A stretch of 33,254 bases of DNA from Paraglomus brasilianum. Its lineage: Eukaryota. This document shows, piece after piece, positions 25,115 through 33,254 of this stretch (its first letter is position 1; each line of letters opens with the position of its first letter). The notes below the pieces were generated by a model. The model was not told the origin of the DNA. It did not search any database and saw only the letters and a program-made list of their open reading frames with translations. The position numbers and the translations under genes are program-made. The stretch covers positions 1-33,254 of the forward strand of contig CAJVPI010000362.1 in assembly GCA_910592345.1 (NCBI GenBank), written 5' to 3'.

Positions 25115-26625
25115 CTATACTTCAACAACATAACCATTTGAAGGCAGTTGTCTGGTTGATTCCTCCAAAGAATTTTCTTTTGCTGCCAAATACTGATACC
25201 TCGCGGGTATATGATCATTTCCATCTCCTGGGCCAAGGAACCATCCAAAAACGACAAAGTTTAGACGATAAGCGAAGATTGCACTAGCGATGCCGATAAG
25301 TGAGCCGATGAATATTTGGAAAGGAAAGTGACGGAAGTCGCGCACACGAGTAAGAGCTACCCATGTGGCAAGAGCCAAAGGAAGGGTGAGGACTAATCCC
25401 TAAAGTGTATAGAAGATATAGAAAGAGTTAGCTCTGTCGGACAATTTCAAGCAAAGGGCCACACCAAACGGCAGTTTATTGGAGGAGAGTGAAGATTTAA
25501 AATAGTCTTGTTCTTACCTTCCATACGTAAGCTGTTCCGCTCCATGGCTGAGAAGAAAACGAAAGACAAAAAGTCAGCTTACCGGCAGCATTGGATTTGC
25601 CAATAGGTCTTATTACACTATTTTTTTCACATCTCAATTTCCTATCCATTCATTTTCTTACCTTCATTTTCGAATTCAAGTATAAGACAAAGAACACCCA
25701 TCCTGCAAAAGCATTTGACGAATGTCCGCTGGGAAATCCTTGGAAATCAAACTTTTTCAATGGCTGCGTGCAAATATCGACCGTATAATAAATTTGACCC
25801 GGAATTGTTTTATTCAAATCAGGTGCACATTGTGTAAGAAAAGATGGGCGCAATCCAAGATGGCCTAGTTCGAGAGAGAAAAATACAAATGGGGTTTCGG
25901 AATGTGAGAAGAGCACGATAGATAGCATGATGTCAAAAGAGTTACGACAATACATGCACGCAAAGTTAGAAAGCTGCGTTCTTACTTCCAATCGTAATCC
26001 AAAATAGTGAAGTAAACAACAAGGAAAATGCTGCAAAGATTTAGACATTTGAGTGTGAGATTAGTATATCAAGACCGTAATGATCAAGTTCAATAATGCG
26101 TCCAAGTCTTCTACATAATCTGACCACTCACCCACACTAGTCGCATGCCCAGTGACCAAATGATACACATTCCATTTGTCCCAAAAGAACAACAATTCGA
26201 GAATAAGTAAAATAATCAATGGAACACCTCCAGACAAGATACCGGCAGTAGAGGAAGATATTATTTGGGGAATCACTGGACGCATATAATCGGGGTCGTC
26301 TAAGCGGAAATAGGCTATAGGTGGTTTAGGAACCAAAAAGAACCTGGTGAGGTAGTTGCAGAGTCAAGATTAGCTGGATTGGTCTTGTAGAGATATTCTT
26401 TGACAGGCAACCAATTCTCGGGACCTGCAAACTGACAACAAAAAGCCAGAGAGATGCTCACCATTGCGATATACCAAACATTACAAGAATTAACAACCAA
26501 TCAAATATGAGACCAATAAAAACTCTCTTGGTCCTCGAAGGGACGTTCAAGGGCGACGATGTGAATCTCTTTTTCGCGTTAACATGATAGTACGATTTTG
26601 AAAGTTTAACCAACGGTAAATGCAT
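25115..26625 (-). CDS. PAP2-superfamily (DPP1/LPP1-like) lipid phosphate phosphatase homolog; 6 exons (26625-26462, 26343-26132, 26030-25986, 25864-25662, 25547-25518, 25399-25115), 312 aa
   Basis: About six hydrophobic segments. C1-like GLRPSFL.QC.P, C2 FPSGHSS and C3-like TRVRDFRHFPFQI. Five in-phase GT-AG introns, including 45- and 30-bp micro-exons (total 939 nt). Confidence 0.88.
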
Positions 26626-27886
26626 GTTTAAGAATAGTTTGTTTATGCGAAGAAGAGGTAGGTTGCTTATCACACGAGAACAGGGGCGAATGCTTCGTTA
26701 TCATGAAGCACCTAAAGAAGAGCGAGACCACGTTGGAAGTGGCAATTTATATAAACGATAAAGCAACAAATTAGAATAGCGGGTGAGTCAAATTTAGGCA
26801 AACCTGTGTTCATTCCCGATTGTGCGAATTATGCGAGCTTTATTTGTATCACACCCCATACATAGTATTTTGAATATCTTGCGCTTGGCGAACATTTGTG
26901 TTCCAAATAAATCCCGCTTTGCGCAACCCACGTCATTAATAAGGAACAAAGAAAGAAAATCTGTGGTATTGTTAATGGTATATCAACATACCAAAAGCGA
27001 AAAATAGTTATGCAATGCTACAATGGAAATGTTAATCTACATCCAGGACTTGTGATTCGGTTGTTCTCGTGGGAAGTAAATTTAATTATTGCCAAAGCAG
27101 GAACTACGTCAATTATTTCAACAAAATGTCCAAAATTCGATTCCAGTATACTGTATACCCGACAAATCTAATGGTCGGTTAATTAATGGCATCAAACCAA
27201 AAATCATAATTTGCATAAGCATGAGAATCAGAAGTGCTAGCGGTTTAAGACAAATGTAATAGTAAGGACATTGACGTTTCTTTATGAATAGAAGTTTTAC
27301 AAGCGAGGGATTATTGTTACAACTACGTTTACGCGAATAACTTTCCCACGTCGTATGATTTCGATTGGACTAATCATACGAATTTACTGTGACACAATTA
27401 CATTCACCCGTTTTACTACTATGTTACAGTACCTTTGTTTGCACTACGTTAATATTAACATATAAAATTTCATTTTTCTTTTCAACATTTTCTTTTTATG
27501 GTATTCTTTCAACAAGCTATATTATACTTTTCTGTTTTTATTGGTCATATTAAGCGAATTGGTAATAAATTTACAAACAAGCTTTTGTTATGCTGGGATT
27601 CGATGATCTGGTGCAAATTGTGGTTTTATACGTCTCGATCGGATGCATTAGTCTCCCTGGTCGATAAAAAAATGATGTGCAAGGGGTAACCCAATTTTTG
27701 TTCGTACATAGTACTAAAATAAATATTAATATCTTTAAAAATTAACTTTATTTTACGTAAAGCGTATACAACATCAACCTTCTATATGGTGATTACATTA
27801 AAACGTGGCATGCATTATATTATGTAACGTACTTTGATAAATTACCGTCTAATTATTATTATTCTATAAATTAATCACTAAAAGGT

Positions 27887-30800
27887 CTAGTGATCAGGTA
27901 TTGAAAGATTAAGAATTTTTGCTATCCGTTTAGCGTGTTTTGGCGCCTTTTCCCAAAATTTAGGCTTATTTTTAATACTTTTTTCAAGTAGCAGTCGTAG
28001 TTCATTGACGCTGGCCTCATAATATCTGTTAAAAATGAATGATATTGATATCAGTTTATAATAAATTCCAATTCCTTAGCACATAATATTTTTTTTACTT
28101 ACATAATATCAGGAAACCAAGCCTTATCTCGTCTTAGCTGTGGAGACAAGTAATACAACTCAATTTCTGCTAGTACCTGTATAAACAGTTAACTCGTTAA
28201 AAATCCTATCTTAAATGGCTAAAAGATGCATCATTTATTATCTTACCTCAGCTTTTTGAGCCAAGTATGCTCCTCGTTCATTGTAATCGTTAATTGCATT
28301 ACTCAGCAGCCCAATAAAAAGATTCATAAGGTAAATAACTGTGAAAAAGGAAAATGTCACTAGGAGTATTGCAAGCGTAGGGTTATCCAATACATTCCAA
28401 GCAGAAATTGGATCCGTATCTCCTATAAGGAAAGAAAAATATAAAACTGTTAGCTGAGGTTTTTGTTGTTTTTTAAATCTCTAATTATAATCGAATTTAA
28501 TTTATACTGACCTGTAAGAATTAGGTATGCAGCCCAGAGAGCTGTATCAAATCTCATAAATAAATTTGTGTTGGGATCAGGTGCCCCAACAAATGCATTT
28601 TTATCTGAAATTGTTCCATCATTATTTACTGAATCAAATGCATCAGTCAGCCTCCATGGATTATTTGGGTCATCATTATCTGGACCTGGTGGTGTGTTTA
28701 ATAAAGTTCCTGGCCGTGGCTTTAATAGTATAAAAAATGCATGTGCATAACCAATAACCACCATGCCAAGCACAATCAAGAAAGAAAACACTTGTCTTGC
28801 CACACCAATTATTATTGCAATATAGATTCCAAAGTATTCAAATGGTCTAAGTAGCATGAGTAATTTTACCCAAAAAAACAAAAATGATGTTGATCTTGTC
28901 CATAGTGGGATTTCACCATCATTTAGCCAAATCAATGTAATGGCAAAGGGCATGCCATATGCGGCTACATCTTGTAATATTGTAAAAAGTTATAGTAATA
29001 GTTAATATTAATGTTATGTTTAAAACAAGTAATAGTAATAAAGATTAACTTTGTATTAACCTACCAATCCAAGTCCAAATTGATAATATAAATTCAATTC
29101 GTTTATGTATAAACTGTCTCAATAAAAAAATATAATGCCAGCCACCAACAATAAGTGTTACCCATAAGAAAAATTTTCTATATTCCTCTGTAATCAGTTC
29201 CTCTGTTATTGCAATTGAGAAGAAGAAAAAATATACAACAAACACAAAGGTTATAAGACAGTGGAATTTTAAACCAAAAGCCCTCCATTTAAAGTTAATT
29301 ATAGCTTCAGACTCCCATGTTTGATAAAACACAGAATTTTTGTTTCTTGTGCCTATAATAAATGGGCTTGCAGGTGGATTGAGAACATCTTTCCACAACG
29401 TATATTGTTCAGGGTAACTGCAATATTTGGGTAAAGGTACCATTAAAGTTAAAGTTGATCTTCTCTTTGGAACGAAAAAGAACCTCCAGAGTGCACACAA
29501 TGGCATGCACCCAAATTGTAATACAGCATTCAGAAAAATTAAAAGTCTGAAAAATGCTTGTAAAATCTTTATCCGTAAGCGTCTGAATCCTGATCTCAGC
29601 GTTCCGTCATACTTTAGCAATTTCAACCGTAATGGTAAATCAACTGAACGACTCAAAGAACTCTGGCAGCCAAATTTGTTATTAAATGCATACAAGTGAT
29701 CTTGGTTAAGATGCAGTCGGTTGACAAATCTGCAATTTGGATATATTGTCATGATGGACTTTGGCAGTGAATTAATTGTCTGATCGGAAAACTTTTCACA
29801 TAGCTGCGGAAGCGATAAACACAAGATCCCCAAGTATCCAATATGTGACACCGAGTAAGTGTTAAACTTGTCCATACAAATACGAAGTATTTCTTCTACC
29901 ATGAATTCATCGTCCTGATCAATCATGCTAGTCAAAAGTTCCTTTCCGTACAAAACAATATTTAAAGAGCTTGCCATGGATAGATATAGATTGTGGAAGA
30001 GTCTGTGACAGTCCGCATCTTGTGTATCAAATGTGCTCTGTTTATGCCACAGAATACTCTTGAAACTTGGTGGTGGCCAACTTACATAACTAGTGTTAAA
30101 CTTTCGTTCGGCTATTTTGATAAAGTCGTCAGCGCCAATCTTGCGTCCCTTGTAAAATCTCAGGTCGTCATCCCAGAAATACTTCATTTCGATATTTCCA
30201 TCATCTGTTACATAAAAGATGCACATTCCTTTGTCACAAAAGACCGCCAGGTCATCATTACCTAATATTGTACAACCAATAACTGACCCGAAATACGATA
30301 GACGGCACGCTTTTGTTGGAAATATGTCTGCCTTGTCGCGATACACGGTAATTTCAAAATTCCTTTTAAGCTGCCAGCGCACCCTCAAACCCTCTAGCTC
30401 TCTTTTCTTTTCTCGAGCCGCGAAACTTGTGTTTTTAGTAACGAGCATCCGTATAAAAGTAGACGTTGGAAAAGCAGGTAAAGATTTTTGGTGTTTTTCA
30501 AAACTCTGTTGAATAAGCGGTATGGTATGAGGTATTCCGTTGTTAAGTACAACCATAATGCAGCTGTGAAGGACAAAAGTTGTCCCTGGTTTCCAAGAAT
30601 CTACAACAGCGTATTCATTGAGATCAATTATTTCCAACGGTTTGCCAGCATCCTTATCGTCATGTTTCTCCTTCTCGCCTGTCAAATTATATGGATTCCA
30701 CAGAACAGCAGATCCCATGTTTGTAATCGTCACGAGAATTCTGCTATCATTTTGTTCTATAAAGTTTACATCAACGACCAGCTCATCCTCTCTCAGTTTA

Positions 30801-31745
30801 ATATAGACTGTGGCTATAGGCAATTCAGTATTGATCCAAGATACGGTCAGATTTTGAGCGTTACAATCTCCAGTTACTAAAGCAGACAATGTGTTGGCAG
30901 AATCCACGGTAAACAAAACCTTCTTTACGTCTGCCATAATGTCCATAGCTGACACGATAACATCGTCACAAAAATGCTGTACTTCAACTTTAGCGCGATA
31001 AATATTCCACTGAACCAAATGACCATCAAGCTGGCAGACCAATCTGTCTTTAACTACAAAATATTTAAATCGATCGGGTGATATATCCTTGCCACACTTG
31101 TGTTGCGTTCTGTGACACCAGTCGAGCGTCCATACGTCTTTTATCTCCCATTTATTACTATAACTCGCAAAGCGATACAATCTAATATCTCCACGTCTTG
31201 TCGTCGCAATGACAGCAAGATCGCCACAGGAAAGAAACGCTTTAACAACGGCAGACCGTGCCTTTAAACAATAATTTGGGAGCTGCGTCGGCGATCCGAA
31301 CGTTACATTTTCGGATTGTTTACATGGATAAAGGGCTAAATAGAGTTGATAGGAAGACGTGTCCAAAAGTTGTGAAAATTAACCGGAAAGAAAAAAAATT
31401 AACAAAAACCAGATCATTATTTTTTTAAATGTACCGAGACATACCATTATCAAAAATAAAGCATCGATTGTCTGAAACAACCAAACTCGTAACTTTCTTT
31501 TTTTTATCTTCCACTGATGTCTCAAATAGCTTAACCAAGTGGCCTTTCCCTTGTTCAATAGACCATATAGCAACCGATTCTGTTTCAGCGCTGTAAGTCG
31601 CCAAGCACCGTCCGTGTGGAGATATTGCACACGTTGTAATTGGGCCTCCTCCATGACATACTTCTTTCAGCGTATCCGGGCTGCAACACACGTTGGTTTC
31701 CGGGAGCTCTTCTATGTCTATAACTTCATGGTCTTGTGTCGACAT
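27887..31745 (-). CDS. TRP-like cation channel with N-terminal WD40-like region; 6 exons (31745-31445, 31335-29065, 28970-28512, 28422-28247, 28176-28103, 28025-27887), 1139 aa
   Basis: N-terminal ITTCAISPHGRCLATYS...VAIWSI (WD-like). Pre-S1 EAIINFKWRAFG, S4-S5 LLMLLRPFEYFGIYIAII, S5 GYAHAFFILL, pore region NLFMRFDTALWAAYLILTGD, S6 YLMNLFIGLLSNAI, post-S6 AYLAQKAEVLAEIE and WFPDIIYY. Introns in phase (total 3420 nt). Confidence 0.88.
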
Positions 31746-33134
31746 TTCGTTGCGTTTCTGAAGATATAATATACATTAAAGATGGACGAAAGTCGGCAAA
31801 TTTTATCGTAGGAAAGTTGTATTTTGGTGTTTTATTTATATCCTAACATTGTAAGAAATTTCCAATTTAGTAAATAATATTCCGATGTGTCAATTCTTTC
31901 AATCTGCAAATCGATTCTTCGTTAGGTCAACATGTGAGCTATAAATTTGTACCATCCCAATTCCGGGTTGGAAATAGTACGAACAAAAGAGAATGAAAAC
32001 CCCGCTTTTGTCATTGCCGTCTTGACAGTTCTATTTTGGGTACAAGTTTAAGTACATGTGATCGATCGAGATCGGAAATGCTTTAATGACCTTTGGATCA
32101 AAAAGTATTTGTGCTGATCATGCGCCTGGGGATCAATGTTAACATAATTAAGTATGAGAAAATCTGATTGGTTATCTGAAATAGTCTTATATATATAATA
32201 TGGAGTATCACAGGTACTATCCGAACGATCGATGTATTATTAAAAAAGTAACAGTTCAAATTCGGATAACGCAAAAACGTCAACAGAACAACTAGTGCAA
32301 TACGATTTTGGCAGCTGTTAAATTTAATGCAAGATTACCAACGCCATCGCGTTAGCTGAAAAACTGCAGCCAAAAGTTAAAGGATTTATTACACTATTTA
32401 AATGTTACATTATGCTGTTTATTGCAACGTTTTATCAAGTTGTAAACATGACTTGCAGAAAATTTTGAATCTTCAGGGTGAGCATACAACGGTCATATGA
32501 TAGCAAATGAGTTAATGTCTCAACTAGGATTATACTATAACACAAGTTTAAACCCCCCAATAATTAGCTAAACTACAAACAAATCCGTAACCCTCGTATA
32601 TAATGAATAATAAAATCTATTATGAAAAAAGGCCTCTGATATAAGTCCATTTATAAATAGAAGTCTGTACCGTTACCAAATACCTACTCCACCCCATAAG
32701 TCGGCCAAAATACAATATTGTAAGTCGAACATCGACGGTTCAAACCTTAATGCGGTCATCCAACCAAAAAAGACATGACTATTTTGTAGGTTATTCTCAC
32801 ATTATGATGAAGACAGGTCCTTATTCAGACGTCACAAGAAAATTTTTGTGATACAACTTTATTTATATTAGGCCTTTATCCTAATATGTCACTATTACCA
32901 CATATGTTATGCCCACACTCATACTCATTGTGCGCCTGGTTGCAATATACCACAGGTAAATTATTATTGGTGTGGTTCATAATGCTTAGAAACATCCATA
33001 AGCAGGTCATATTGAACAGAATACTAGATACAGCTTTAATCTTCTCCTGCTTAATGTATTAAAATTGTCCTTTAACCCAGATAAATTTAGCTATATTGAT
33101 ATTAGTCTCATTCACCCGGATCGTCCTGGGCATA

Positions 33135-33254
33135 TACAGTAGCGGTCATAAGTATCCGAACGGTCATATCCTGCAAATTTACATAATAATAACTGCTTAA
33201 ATTTTCTAAAACAAAATTTTGACATAATATCTGATCACATGTAAAATTTCAGCT
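33135..33254 (+). mobile_element. Probable left end of a Tc1/mariner-type DNA transposon or MITE running out of the window
   Basis: TA followed by CAGTAGCGGTCATAAGTATCCGAAC, resembling Tc1-family TA|CAGT..GGTCAAAAGTAT ends. AT-rich subterminal sequence ending tgtaaaatttcagct. Confidence 0.45.

Noticed and set aside
29427..30880. Plus-strand ORFs within the channel gene
   Set aside because: Antisense shadows of the long exon 2.
32600..33130. Possible decayed transposase or gene relic upstream of the channel gene
   Set aside because: The frames I read were interrupted by stops and I found no recognisable motif.

Overview
Eukaryotic, AT-rich, intron-dense fungal genomic DNA. The gene families suggest an arbuscular mycorrhizal fungus (Glomeromycotina); this taxon call is an inference. 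I reconstructed eight protein-coding genes by hand from GT-AG introns: an intronless MATH-BTB protein; a 4-exon, N-terminally anchored GH35 beta-galactosidase-like protein; an intronless F-box/LRR protein; COQ5 (3 exons); LYS1 (7 exons); QNS1 NAD+ synthetase (17 exons, head-to-head with LYS1 across only 122 bp); a 6-exon PAP2/LPP-type phosphatase homolog; and a 6-exon TRP-like channel with a WD40-like N-terminus. Between them lie a decayed Crinkler-family pseudogene, two tandem-repeat tracts (about 162-175 bp and 57 bp units), gene relics and DNA-transposon end remnants. The most notable observation is that two intact, correctly spliced enzyme genes carry substitutions at catalytic positions: the GH35 acid/base Glu is Lys, and the PAP2 homolog lacks the C1 Lys and has Gln for the C3 Asp. 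Both are candidate pseudoenzymes. I found no rRNA, tRNA or CRISPR array, and no clear multi-gene novel system.
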